From Lama glama (Eukaryota), in the NCBI GenBank assembly GCA_028534125.1, contig CM052832.1:18478001-18542000 (forward strand): a DNA stretch of 64,000 bases, written 5' to 3'. Position 1 is the stretch's first letter. Every line of letters begins with the position of its first letter. Below are positions 36,330 through 50,138 of the stretch, one piece after another. The translations under genes were made by a program, and so were the position numbers. The notes beneath the pieces were generated by a model. That model did not search any database. It saw nothing but the letters and a program-made list of their open reading frames with translations, and was not told the DNA's origin.

Positions 36330-38625
36330 TGTGGTGAGCGTTCATTCCCAACACCTGGCATCTATTTTCCTTATTGACCAGCTGCTCTAGGGTTATAGGA
36401 GCCTCTGTTGCCCGCCAGCATGAATGTGCCTGGGAATCTGTCCTCCTGGGAACAGGAGGCCAATAATTTACGCCTCAGAGATATAAATACTCCAGCTCCC
36501 TTGTTCCTACTTCAGGCATCTCTGAGGCAAAACCTATAGTGTCTGTCAAACTCTCTAAGAATTGATCTGATCTGGACCTTACTCAGTGTCCCTTCTAGAT
36601 CTTTGCCAGTTTTTCCTGGGAATATATTGTAACAGATCACTTTCATAGGAATCCTCATTTCAGGATCTGCTTCTAGAGAATTTGATCTAAGACAGTTGTC
36701 TCTACAGGGGGACCTAGGTTGCAGACTCAGGATGACTTCTGAAGTTGAACCACTCACAAGCCAGATGGCACAAGTAATAGCAGTGGTAATAAACCCTGGC
36801 CATTATGATTGCTGAGACCCTCTCCTGTGGAACACTGGGATGGAAAATGGGGCACAGGTGGAAGGGAATACACTGGCTTGGTCAATATTCTAGTGTTGAG
36901 GAGATACGGGGAAATAGCAATTATAACATCTTTGAAGTTGGCTGTTTGTTGGTCAGTACCACTGGGGGGCTCAAGTGGAAGAACCACATCAGAGCATGAC
37001 ACGAAAGTCAGAAAACCTCCCCTGCAGCATTTAAAGATACCTTGATCTCCAATAGCCAGAGGGAAGACCTGTTCTGAAGATCAGACTCAGGATTTGATTG
37101 GCAGACTAGCAGAAGCACGAAGAAGACTGGATTTGAAGGCACGGCAAGTCTCTTATGCTATAGTCACATTTGGGGTAAACCTGAATCTTACCCTGCAGGA
37201 GTGGCCATACCGGGTGCTGGCAGATAGCAGCCTCCCTTTGCCTGAAGACCGTCTAGAAAGCACAGGTGATACAGATGCCTTGTAAGAAAATACTTGCTTG
37301 GTCAAGTTCTATTCTCATTTCCTCTAATATCTGACAAATAATAAACCTGATACTAGACAAATAACTAGGTCAGGTCTTAGTATGTCCTAACCAGTATAGT
37401 GCTGGTCCCAGTAAGGGAGGTAAGGGATTAGTCACCAATAAAGTGTCAGGGACAAGGCAAGTGTGCCTAGAACATGGGACCAGGGTTTTGGGGCAGAATG
37501 TAAGGCTGGATAAGGGAGACTTTGTCAGTATGGGGAGACAATGCTGTAATGTTCCATAAGCCTAAATGGGAAACCTGAGATGGTCCACTCCTGCAGATTA
37601 GTAATTTAGAAGCAATACTGTGCCGCACATGGAATGACAGAGAATTTTAAAAGACTTATAGTATCCTAGGATGGTCTCTATCATATTCCCATTCAGTTCA
37701 TCAGTGTGGCCGCAGCAAAAATAGATTGTAACAGAAAATGAAGGATCACAATAGACTTAATGCAGTGGGAGCCTTAATTGCATATGTTGTGCCAGATGGT
37801 GTATCTTTAATAGAACAACTTTATTTTCAGTATGTATATAAGTACTAGTTCCCAAGACAAAGAAATGCTTTCAGGAAGAAGTTTAGTAAAGGTTCCAAAA
37901 TGCCTAAAACTATGAATGATGACTTGTCATGTTGGAATCCTCTTGCTGGTAGACCAAGAGGGAAAGAAAAGAATGACCATTCCGGCTGGAGTAACTGACC
38001 TCATGAGACATTTGGTTGCTGCTACATAATAGGGCCAGGGACAAGTATGCCTAGAGCTCAGGGAAATCTCACGCCCATTTTAACTATGAAAAGGTAATCA
38101 CAGCATCTGCATCAGACAAAGTAATGGCATTGAACCTCCAGAGATGAGTAATTGGTTCACCCCTCCGTGCAGGCAACTCAAAGCAGCGGAAGTGCTGGCC
38201 AACAAAGGAAACGTGTAATGGATGAGTGATCATGAATCTCAGTTAAGTCCTTAGGATTGATTCCAACAACAGGGGTGTAAATGTCTTACTAATCTCTTCC
38301 TTTTTTCCTGAAGAATCAGTGCTATGAACTTAATATGAAGAGAGAATTAAATTGAGCCGTATAAAGGGTCGCAGAAGCTGTCAGTGCTCTGCCCATATCC
38401 CCTGGGGTCCTTTGGTGCTGGCAGACTCCCCTTGTGCTTTCATTGTCAACAGCCAGCACACCCATCACTTGGTTCTAGGGCTATGCTTGGGCTACTGAAA
38501 ACTACTTGAAAGACAGGAGTGTCTAGGGACTCAGGACCTCCCTGAGGCAGCCCTTAACCAGTGATTGATGGACGCCACTTTGACTGGAATTTTAATCTCA
38601 AGGTCTGCTTCTAGAAGAGGCAACA
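36330..38625 (+). mobile_element. Ancient ERVL relic (LTR16-like LTRs flanking a deleted ERV3-16A3-like internal region)
   Basis: 5' LTR ends atcctcatttcaggatctgcttctagaga...ctaagaca (~36693); 3' LTR has a similar end atctcaaggtctgcttctaga; degenerate pol-like stretch near 37670-37810. Confidence 0.6.
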
Positions 38626-38759
38626 TATTTATTTTAGTAATAATATTAGTGTCATTTTAATGTTAATGAGTATATGATAATAAAGCAAGAAAAGTAATTA
38701 CATTCATTAAGCACCACGATGTTCAACATAAAGGAAAAATGCAAGAGTATAAAATGAAA

Positions 38760-40115
38760 GAACTTTTAAAAATAACTCTAACCTTCAACTTGAGTTGGAA
38801 ATATCAGAATTTATAATTTTTTTCTTACTTTTTCCAAGTTCTTTCACTGAAAGGCCTAGAAACAATGAGCACCCCAGTTCCCAGTGTGATCTCTAAATGT
38901 TATTTCCTTCTTAAAGGAACCAGCACTCCTTAAAAAGTCCAGGTCTGGGAATATAAAATAAGAGTCTAAAAATTGTGTGTGTGTGTGTGTGTGTGTGTGC
39001 GTGCGCTAGAAAACAAGCTATCCAAGACCACCAGGGTCATGTCATAATGTCATAGGAGCCAGCTTGAAGGGCTTTCTACTGGCCAAAGAAGAGACAATTT
39101 TGGTGTCAAAAAAGAATAAGGACTGTGACAGATTGAAACACATCAAATAAACTCCATAATTTTATGTGGTCATTTTGCTAAGGAACTAAATTATCATTCT
39201 GAAATTTTGTAAAGTATTTATTCTGGCTTCCTATTAAATCTATATTTCAGGGTAACTAAATATTTTATTAGATAAATTTCCTATTTTGTGGGAAATTCCA
39301 GTTCATAAATGAAGAAGGCTTGGTACAATTGCAAAATCACCGTTTTGTAACTTCCTAATGAAATAACAGGTCTAGGTAACATTTATTAACAACTGCTAAA
39401 AGCCAGAGGTGAAAGGTTGTTAAGTACTTTATTAACGGATAAGTCAAGCTGAGAATATCTGAACCCACTGTTTAATTTTACCTCACTAAAAGTGAAACAA
39501 CCTGCCAAGGTGGAAGCGTCCAGCATCCCTATGAAGTATTCTTGTCCTGAATCTAACCAAGCCTCTCTGTATACCTGGTATATATACACCAGGATGTAAA
39601 GGTTTAAAGAAATATATCAGATGACACAGTAAGCAATTAGTCAAATCAATTAGAGTCATTCTGCAAATGACTCTTGTTGTATTATTATTGTTATTGTTTA
39701 AAATAGCAGCAAATAGAAAATGGGGGAAAGAATTGTTATGAAATTAAAGACATGAGAGCAATAACAATTAAGTGCCATATGTGGACTTTGGATCCTCATT
39801 TAAACAAATTATGTAAAAATGAATAACTGAAGCAATTAGGAAAATTATTTAATGATTGATTAGATGATATTAAGCAGTTATTTATTATATGTGCTGATGG
39901 CATGTTAGTTATGTTTGTCCCAATGAATTATATAGCCATGCTGTGCTTTTTATAGGAGAAATGACATGACATAATACAGAAAACCACTGTTAGGTATATG
40001 GAAACTCAAATGGCCAAATATTGAAGATTGTGGAAACTGATTAATGGGTACATGGTTATATTAGACTGGTCTACCTTTTTTTTAGATGTTTAAAATTTCT
40101 GTAGTAAAATGTTAA
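38760..40115 (+). mobile_element. Old L1 (L1MC-type) 3' UTR containing a (TG)n tract at ~38974-39004
   Basis: ctgaaaggcctagaaacaatgagcacc...aaaggaaccag and the 3' end atgggtacatggtt...gtttaaaatttct resemble recalled L1MC 3' ends. Confidence 0.6.
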
Positions 40116-40825
40116 ATTTTTAAACTTCATAAGGAAAATGCAGAATCTAGATTTAGAATTCAGAAGTAACTTCAAAGAGAATCACAGAGCAGTGTGTAGC
40201 TTTGGGGTCAGCAAACAGAATGATGGTTCCTTCCTGGGTAATCAGTATCCAGAACTGGGGATATTGACACCAGATGGGAACGTTGTTTTCTTAAAACATG
40301 GACGTTAAACAACAGCTGACCTGGGGCTTTCAATCAATAAAAGAGCTCCTTTCCCAGAAAATGTCAGAAATTGCCAGCCTTAGTACCAAACAGGAAAAGA
40401 AGTACAAACATCCTGAAATAGCCAGATGAAAATCAGAACCTGAACTTCAGAACAAGAAAAAAATCCAGCTAAATGAGACAAGACATCAAAGTCTCTTGGA
40501 CAAACTGGTTAAAGGTTTTCAACATTCTTTAGAGAGAATATAACTGGTTCAGTTTACACAGCATATTCCATGTGCCAAACACTTATTAGGCACTTTAAAA
40601 GCATAATACATTTTTTAAATGCTTAAGTATGTAAGAAACTACAGTGCAAATCTGTTGAGTTGAGATTAGATAGCTCTATCTGATCAGTAGTTTGCCTTCA
40701 AAGAGTTCTAAGGCAAAATGTTCCCAGGTATTGTTATAGATAGGAGGCTGAACCATGAGAACTTACGAGGGAATTCATACTCTTCACAAACCATGCCTCA
40801 GTAAAATGTACCCCTTTCTGAGTAG

Positions 40826-41013
40826 CTTAAATATTAAACAGATGGTGACCTTTGGAAGAGACGTGGAGAGGGCAGTGCAGTGGGGAGGGAAGTGAAAGGG
40901 GAACAGTAGCGAGAGGAGGGAAAGAGGACAGGAGAGGTGAGGTTGAGAGAAGAGAGAGGAGGGACAGAGAAAGGAAGAGAGGAAGGGGGAAAAAGCCAAT
41001 AGGGCATATATAA
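40826..41013 (+). promoter_or_regulatory. SLC17A1: Putative SLC17A1 promoter: HNF1-like, HNF4/NR-like, CCAAT and TATA elements
   Basis: CTTAAATATTAAA at 40826, TGACCTTTGG at 40846, purine-rich tract, CCAAT at 40996, TATATAA at 41007. Confidence 0.55.
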
Positions 41014-41039
41014 CACATTTAGAAAGCCACAGTATGCCT

Positions 41040-41122
41040 GTCAGAATAGTACTGTGCACACACAGCCATCCTCAATAGAAAAATCCTGGAAGCACTTACG
41101 GCCAGGCAGGTACTATCTCCTG
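41040..41122 (+). other. SLC17A1: Putative non-coding first exon of SLC17A1
   Basis: Starts ~30 bp after the TATA box; donor ctg|gtaagg at 41123 (alternative cag|gtacta at 41110); ~1.5 kb before the ATG exon. Confidence 0.45.
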
Positions 41123-42649
41123 GTAAGGAAAGAGACCGGGGGGTCTGTCTTTTATGGTCATGAAATATACCGGCAGATTTCTAGGAAGTTTCTAGTCCAT
41201 TGGATGATTTTAAGACTCATAGTCCTCCCCTGAAGATTCAACACAAGAACGGAAGTGAAGTTAAAAATTAAATTTCCAACTTTGACCTGGGGGATCAAAG
41301 GATATCATGAAGGATTTAAATAGCTGAAATTAGCAAATCCAGAAATACAGTATTAAAGTTGAGAGGAAAGTCTTCACAGGGGAAGAAGGAATCACTTTTC
41401 TGTCCTGAATCAGGTTAGTGATTATATACGTATACACTACTAATACACTAATTGTTAATTAACAGTTCCCCAGAAGGATTAATCAAGAAGGCATCTTTGT
41501 TAGACATCTTACCAACCAAGTGTACTTAGCAATCTGGGGAAATTTAGGGGGAAAGTATCTATTTTCACAAGGGAAAGAAAAAACATTCCTAGGGATGAAT
41601 GTGAGGTGGACAGTTATGTAGATAGACAAGAGAAGCTTGTATTGTGTGGTGTATGTTGCTTGTGCATCTGTGAGTGGTGTAGTGTGTGTGATGGAGAGTA
41701 TAAATATGTGATGTATGTGGTGGTGTGTGTGTACTGAAATAAACTGCAGCCCCAGAAGATGTTCCAGTGTATAATAATGGTGGTTGACAATCTGATCACT
41801 TAAAAATACTTTGCAAATCCAATTTTAGCAATTTTGAGTGTCTTTTGAGCATCTCGTGTCATATAAGCTGATATGGTCAAAATTCAAGGTGTAGACCAAT
41901 GTGTAGCCAGCTCATTTTGGTGCTGACCTCCAACTGAAAAGGGCTGCCTGAAATGAAACCTCTTTGTTTCGTTCACCCACTTTGCTGAGCTTCTCACCAG
42001 TAAATACAGACCTGGCAGCAGGGGTCGTTTTGTCCAGGGTAGTGAGTAGGGAGGGTGTGAAGGATGATTTGCCTCACCTTGTAAGGGTGATATTAAAAAG
42101 TAGATCTTTTAGCTCTGAAGATATAAGAAAAGTAAAAGAATTTATTTTACCTTTAATTCCTTTTCTGATGTTTTTCCTTTTTTTTTTTTTTGTACATCCA
42201 AGTTTCTGACCTTTAGTAATCTCCTGTCTGAAAAACTTCTCTTCACACTCCCTGCAGGGTAGGTTTCCCGGCAATGAATTCCCTCAGGTTTTGTGAAAGT
42301 CTTTATTTCTCTTTCACTTTTGAGGGCTATCTTCACTGGATATAAAATTATGATTTGGCAGGATTTTTTTTTTTACTTTCTATTGTTTTCAGGTTTCCTG
42401 TATATTTTTAATCAACAAAAATATCATAAAAGTGAAATGTCAAAGCAAGAGCATGTTAAGAGTTGAATGGGCACTCGTGTAACAAAGCAAGTTTCCCTCT
42501 GCTGGATGTTTTAAATCAGACAGGAATGCTAGGTGGATTTTGGTCAGTTCCTCCCTGTGTTATGCTGACATCAGTGTGTTTTGCACTTGTAGTGGGTAGA
42601 AAACGAACCTTTCAGCAAGAAAAGAAGCAACCAGAACACACTTAGGCAA

Positions 42650-42677
42650 ATGGATAACCAGCTCCCTCCCAGGAAAG
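42650..42677 (+). CDS. SLC17A1: SLC17A1 (NPT1) first coding exon (exon starts at 42593)
   Basis: ttgtag acceptor, gtagga donor; MDNQLPPRK versus human MQMDNRLPPKK as recalled. Confidence 0.88.
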
Positions 42678-44989
42678 GTAGGAATTATTCCCTATCTCAT
42701 CACACAGGCTTTCTCCTTCTGAAATATGACACCATAGATTCCATGTGAGAGAATTTTTTTTTTTCATTAAATCATGAATGGAGTCTTAGAAGTGTTCAGG
42801 AAAGCAGATGAAAAAAAATGAGTCTTGCTGTGGTTTTCCATTAGGAAAACCCTAAATGAAAAGAATCCATGTATGTTGGTTGTTCGTACTTTGTTATTTT
42901 GATTGTTATACACTTGCCTGTTTATCTCTTGGTGGAGACTATCAGAAAGAGGTGCATCATTTTGGTTCTATTTCAAAGAGAAAGAGATCCATGGATGGAA
43001 GTGAGGCAGGACAAATGTTCTTGAGTCATTCGCACCCTTGGCCAGCAACAGTTGGATATCTACATAACTTTTTTTTTAGATTGTTTATCTTGAGCAGGGC
43101 AGGGGAAAGACAGTAAGGAATTACTGCCTTCAGGTTGGAGTTATATCCATGTCATGGGAAACAAAATTCCAGAAGAAGGGGTGGGCAACAGATTGTATAC
43201 TTTTTCAATTTGTATAAAGGTTAATGGTCTGCTAAATTATATATTTCTTCTTGTATCAATTTTGATACTTAATTACTTTGATATTTTTATATTGTCTTTC
43301 ATCTGCATTCAAATTTTATGAGTATTTCAACGTTATGAACATATAAAACATATAAACATATAAAAGATATGAATAGTTATATACATAAACATAATACAAT
43401 TAATTTCTATCCTTATACTTAACATTTCCTTCCTTTTAGATTCTTTGGGTTTGTCCCTTTGTCCATGTTTCAAGTCTTTGAGTTCTCTCTTCTGATAAAT
43501 ATGTTTAGGGATGTACATTTTGCTCTAACTTTCCATGAGTTTGACATGCAATATTTTACTGTTACTAAGTCCCAAGCATTTTAGAACACCCTTTATGATT
43601 TTTTTTTAACTCAAGACTTATTTAGAAGTAATCCCTGTTCTTCCTGGAACAATGTGGAAAGAAAAAAATGAACAAAACTCGAAAGGGCACCCCTAACTAA
43701 CTATGGCAAGTCCTCCTCCATACATGATGAGGATTGCTTCCCCTTTACCCTCTAGAGGTTTTTGTTATCCTCCTCTAAGGATTTTCCCAGTGTTTCCTTT
43801 AGCTTTCCAGGTCCATTCACTTCCCTTTACCTTTGGAGAATTTTAGAAAGGATGAGGCTGTTTAGAAAACTTTGGAGTAAGTCATCCTCAGCATGTATGT
43901 GTACATGAGATATTTTTTAGAGGACCCAAGGACAGTGAGTTGAGGCTGCAAGTCACAGGTAGAGCTGGGTGATGATTAAATTTCTGAGGTGGCCTTTTCA
44001 TCCTTCTGCTCAGTTTCAAGGTTTAAACAGGGCAAAAAATTTTGTCAGTCTCCCTGGAAATGTTGGGAGGCAGTACACTCACCCTTGACTGACCAGTTAA
44101 TTCTTTGCCATCTAACCATTTAGGGAGAAGTTCTCTTACTAGACCTTCCCATTGCCAGGGCTTTGATATTTGACTCCCCATTCCCTAGGAGGCGAACAAA
44201 AAAACCCCCCAAAAAACAAAAAATCCTGAGATCAATATCTTCAGGCAGAATCTTCCTTCAACCAATCAGTTTACTCCTTGAGGACTCTGGTCTTCACTAA
44301 ATCTTTGGCCTGAATAGTTTATCTTTCCTGACAGATTATCCATACTTTCAATGAAATATTATTTTAACTACATTTTATCTAATATTCTTATCTGTTTACA
44401 AAGGAAGATTAGAAAAAATAATTTTCCAGTCACCAATGCTTTTTTTTTCACTTAACAATATATATATATATATGTATATAGAGTATCCCACATTTGTACG
44501 TGATGAACTTCCATCATTTTTTAGAGTTCCACATGAATTTGGCTTGAATATATTGTAATTTCTTTAATTACTGATTTACTTCATTTCTTTTAAATCTCTT
44601 ACTGCTTTAAACAATTCTTCAAAAATGTTGTATGATATAAAATCCAATTCAGTAGGATTATATTAAAAAATACTTATACAACTAAATAAAATAGCCTCAA
44701 CTATGTAAAGCAAAATTAACAGTCCTATAAAAGACACAAAAATCCTAATAAAATATTAGCAAAACAAATTTAAGAATTTATAAAAACATTTTTAAAAATC
44801 ACAAAAACTAGGTCTAGTTTATCCTAAGAATGAAAGAGTAGTTTTACATTAGAAAATAGGTAACTATGATTCAACACAAGTTAATTTTTAAAGGAAAACT
44901 ATATGTATCATCTTGATATAGAAAAATATAATTAACATTCATTTCCAATGAAAACTATTAGGCAACTATGAATATGGGATAGAAACCAA

Positions 44990-46102
44990 ACCTAAGCGCA
45001 GAGGATAAACAGAGAGCTCCAAGAGCCACAAAGATTATCCCCAGGCCTCAAGAAAAATCCAACATTTATCTAGCTGAATTTCAAAAGTCTTGCAGATCAA
45101 TGATTCCTTTTTACTCTCCATTCTTCCCCTTTTGGAACTTGAATTTCTGTATCAGTTTTCCTGTGCCTGTCCTACCATTGTATGGTGGGACCACTGAGGG
45201 CATGTAACTTATTTAGTTTCATTAAGTCCACAGATAAAGAGATACTGTGCCCAGGGTGGATTACTTTTAGATGCCTCATCCACACCTGTTTTAAATTATT
45301 TGGATGATGAGATTTTGGAAATTTGAGCTAATAAGATTTTGATGAGATGTTAGACTTGATACTGTAATGAGATGAGATTTTTATGAACATCGGGATGGGG
45401 TGAATATGATTTGCATATGGGATGAACATGGATCTTTTGGGACCAGAGGGTGAACTGTAGTAGGCAGAATTCTAAGACTGCCCCCAAGATTCTGGGCCCT
45501 GGTGTACATACACCTTCCTCCAGTTATTTAAGCAAGCACTAAGTGAGGTGCTGCTTGAAAGGATTTTGCAGATCTAATTATGGTCCCTAATCAGCTGATC
45601 TTAAAATAGGGAAATTATCCAAGTAAGACTGATATAATCACATGAGCCCTTTTAATCTGGGTCCAGAGGTCAGAGAACAATTAGAGAGATTCAAAGCATG
45701 AGATGGATTCAACATAAGGGAGATATTTTCCTTTCTGGCTTTGGGGATAGAGAAGGGCTGGGGGAGGCACATAACAAGTAATGTGAACAGCCTCTTAAAC
45801 CTGACAGTAGCTCTCAGCTGACAGCCAGCAGGGAAAAAATAGCAACTTTAGTACTATATCCACAAAAAAAAAGCTGAATTCTTCCAATAAGCTGAACGAG
45901 CTTGGAAATAGATCCTTCCTTAGAACTTCCAGCTGAGAACTCACCTTGGCTGATCCCTTGACTTTAGCCTTTGACACCAGGAGCAGAATATCCAACCACA
46001 CCATGCTAAAACTTCTGATCTACAGAACTGTGAGCTAATAAATGGGTGTTGTTTTAAGCCATTGTTTCTGATTTTTTTTTACACAGCAGTAGAAAGTGAA
46101 TA
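44990..46102 (+). mobile_element. MaLR: MLT1 internal fragment plus MLT1E-like LTR (45457-46102)
   Basis: gggaccagagggtgaac|tgtagtaggcagaattctaag ... ctacagaactgtgagctaataaatgggtgttgttttaagcca. Confidence 0.75.
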
Positions 46103-46739
46103 TATTTTGTAAATCATAAAGCATATCTATAACAAAACCTTCAACAAATATTATCCAAAATGTAGAAACTTTAGAATCACTCTGTGTTAAGTCAGGCAGG
46201 AATAATGACATAAAACCAAGGATATTTGATACAATCAATAATACACTGGTGGTTCTGATCCAGTGGGACTGTGAAATTAAAGATAGGAGGATAGGAAAAG
46301 AAGAAATTATCACTATATTTGAAAGTCAAGTTTTATATCTTTATACCAACCACAGACAATTTAAAAATGTAACTAAGGAAACACCTAATTATCCTTCATT
46401 GAGTTGTAACAACATAGGTTTCCTCCTCTTTTCTTTCAGGCTTCCAACAAATGTGCTTTTGGATCTGTGCCAATCCGATATGTGATCAGAGATTCTCTGT
46501 CTGCATATTTTTTTGGTGGGGGGAGGCAGGATTATTCTGCTTCCTACACATCCCGTAACAGTTATTTGAGTTATAATGAGTTCAACCCACAATGATAAAT
46601 TTCACTTAATTTAAGATATAATTTTATTTGTAGAGATATAATTTTATTTGTAGAAATCTAATTGCCACTAATCTTTTCTGGAACATATTAATTGCTTAGA
46701 TTAAGCCACATAATTTCCTATAAATTTTTTCTTCCTTTT

Positions 46740-47451
46740 TCACCCTCCCCCCCTTTTTTTGACCTCCCTAACCCATTTCTCATACTGCTCCCCACCCCTG
46801 TGTCCCACCTCTGGCAACTACTAATCTGTTCTCTGTTGATTTATTTATTTTATGATTCCACACCTCAGAGAGATCACACAGTGTTTGTCTTTCTCCATCT
46901 GACTTATTTAATTTAGTGTTAATGCCCTTGAGGTCCATCCATGTTGTCACAAATGGCAAGATTTTATTCTTTTTGTATGAAAGCATATGTTATCACCTAT
47001 ATGTGGAATCTTAAAAAATGATATAAATGAACTTTCTTACAAGGCAGAAATAGACTCACAGGTATGATTACTAAAGGGGAAAGCAGGGGGTTGGGGAAGG
47101 AATAAATTAGGAATTTGAGATTAACATATACACACTACTATATATAAAGTAGATAACAAGGACTTGCTGTATAGCAAGGGAACTATAGTCACTATCTTGC
47201 AATAATCTATAATGGAAAAGAATCTGAAAAAGAATATAATACACACACACACACATATATAACTGAATCACTTTCCTGTACATCTGAAACTAACATTATA
47301 AATTAACTATACTTTAGTTTTAAAAGGTTAAAGATTTAATACCAAAAAGATACATGCATCCCAATATTCATAGCAGCATTATTTACAATATCTAAAATAT
47401 AAAAGCAACCTAAGTGCCCATTAAAAGATGAGTGGATAAAAGAAAATGTAA

Positions 47452-47533
<82 letters not shown>

Positions 47534-48900
47534 TACACATACACACACACACAGTGAAATATTACTCATCCATTAAAGGAATGAAATTTTGCCATTTAGA
47601 ACAACATGGATTGACCTAAAGGGTATTATGCTTAGTGAAATAAGTCATACACAGAAAGACAAATATTCTATATTATCACTTATATATGGAATCTAAAGAA
47701 TAAAACAAACAAATGAATATAACAAAACAGAAACTGACTCACAGATATAGAGAACAAACTAGTGGTTACCAGTGGGGAGAGGCAAGAGGAGAGGTGTCAG
47801 CTAGGGATGGGAGATTAAGAAATACAAACTACTATGTATAAAATAAATTGGCAACAAGAAATATTGAACAGTACAGGGAAATGTAGCCATTATTTTGTAA
47901 TAACTTTAAATAGAATATAATCTATAAAAGTATTGAATGATTTTGTTGTACACCTGAAACTAACATAATATTGTAAATCAACTATAGTTCAATTTAAGAA
48001 AAAAAGATTTCATTCTTTTTTATAGCTGAATAATCTTCCATTGTATATATATTCACCACGTTTTCTTTCATCCATCAATGGACATACTTAGGTTGTTTCT
48101 ATATCTTGGCTATTGTAAATAATTCTGAGGCATACATGGGGGTGAAGATATCTTTTTGAGTTAGTATTTTCATTTTCTTCAAATAAATACCCAGAAGTAG
48201 AATTGCTAAATCATACAGTAGTTCTATTTTTAATTTTTTTAGGAATTGCCATACTGTTTTCCATATTGACTGCACCCATCAACAGTGCAGTGTACAAGAA
48301 TTCTTTTTTCTCCACATCTTTACTAACACTTATTTCTTGTATTTTTCATAATAGCTATTCTAACCAGTGTGAGATGCTATCCTATTGTGGTTTTGATTTG
48401 TGTTTTTCTAATGAGGAGTGATGCTGAGCATCTTTTCATGTACTTCTTGACATATGCATGTCTTCTTTGGAAAAATGTGTTCTTCCTCCCATTTTTTTAA
48501 TCAGATTTTTTTTGTTTGATTTTTGCTGTTGAGTTGTATGAGTTCTTTATATATTTTGGATATTAACCCCTTATCAGATTTTTAATTTGCAAATATCTTT
48601 TCCCATTCAGTAAGTTAGCCTTTCATTTTGTTGATTTTCTTTGCTGTGCAGAAGTCTTTTAGTTTGATGTAGTCCCCCTTGTTTATTTTTGCTTTTGTTG
48701 CTTTTTCTTTTAGTGTTATTCAAAAAAATCATCAAGATCTATGTCAAGGAGCTTACCACCTACATTTTCTAGAAATCGTATGGTTTCAGGTTTTAGCTTC
48801 AAGTCTTTAATCCATTTCGAGTTAATTTTTGTGTATGGTGTAAGATAGTGATCGAGTTTCAATCTTCTGCATGTGGCTGTCCAGCTTTCCCAATACCGTT
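46740..48900. mobile_element. Nested L1s: minus-strand L1 split by two tandem plus-strand L1 3' ends (~46980-48003)
   Basis: aagattttattcttttt (~46959) recurs as aagatttcattcttttt (~48004) on either side of the plus-strand insert. Confidence 0.8.
47451..47553. repeat. (TA)n(CA)n compound microsatellite
   Basis: Seen directly. Confidence 0.95.
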
Positions 48901-49965
48901 ATTGAATATTTTAATATTTATTGGGGTATAATTATATAAAATAAAATAATGGATCTTAGGTGTACATTTAGATAAGTATAAACTTATAAGCAAGATTCAT
49001 AGAACATTACATTACTTTGAGGTCCCATCATGTCCCTTTCCAGTCTTCCACACCAAGAGGGAATTGATATTCTAATATCTAGCCACATAAATTAATTTTG
49101 CCTATTTTTGAAATTCATAAAACTAATATGTACTCTCTGGTGTTTGGCTTCTTTACTTGAGCATATATTTGTTGAAATTCATCCAGATTGTTGAGTGTAT
49201 CAGTATTTCCTTCCTTTATATTTCTGGGTAATACCCATTGTATTGACACACTACAGTATGTTCATCCATTCCAAACGTTCCACTATTTTGAATAAAGATG
49301 CTATAAACATTTCAGTACTTGTCTTTTTGTAGATACATGTTTTTATTTCTCTTGATTAAGTGCCATTTGTTGAAAAGACTATACTTTCCTCTATGGAATT
49401 GCATTAGTACATTTATTCAAAAGCATATGACCATATATATGCATCTCTTTCTGGACTCCCTATTTTCTCCTATTGGATGAATTTGTTTTGGCCTTACACC
49501 AACACCACATTGACTACTCTAGCTTGAAACTACCTCAAATACATGGCATTTTTTAAATGCAATTTCTTTGTACAATGTACTATCTGAGTTTATCAACCAG
49601 ACTATTCATATACATTTGGAGAATAAAGCATTTACTTGAGAAAAGTCTTTTTTGTTATTAAGGGGACTTACTGCCAAGAGTAACTCAGTATTTGTAAGTG
49701 GTCCTTTTAAAATGGACATGAGCCAAAGCACCTTGAGGACTGGCTTAATTTTCTGGGACATTCTAGTAAGGATTATATTTTAGGAGCTACAAAATTATAA
49801 GATTAGTCCCACATTTTCCTATTGTATCATAACGTCTCAAAGACCAGTTAGTACAATAAAATTTTAAATTAATCTCCAGGAGTCCAAATTTCTGAGTGGC
49901 CCTTCCTAAAGTATGTTTTGATATCAGCTGTGTTAACAGTGGATACTTTCTGTTCTATGTTCCAG

Positions 49966-50138
49966 CTCCAAATTTTTGTTCCATTCGCTATGGACTCGCA
50001 CTCTTCCTGCAGTTCTCTAATGTTGTGATAATATCACAGCGTGCATGTATAAACCTCACAATGATAGCAATGGTGAACAGCACAGAACCACATGGTTTAT
50101 CCAACACCTCCACAAAGGAGCTCCAGGATAACATAAAG
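49966..50138 (+). CDS. SLC17A1: SLC17A1 coding exon, 173 bp
   Basis: ttccag acceptor, gtatat donor; (A)PNFCSIRYGLALFLQFSNVVIISQRACINLTMIAMVNSTEPHGLSNTSTKELQDNIK. Confidence 0.93.
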
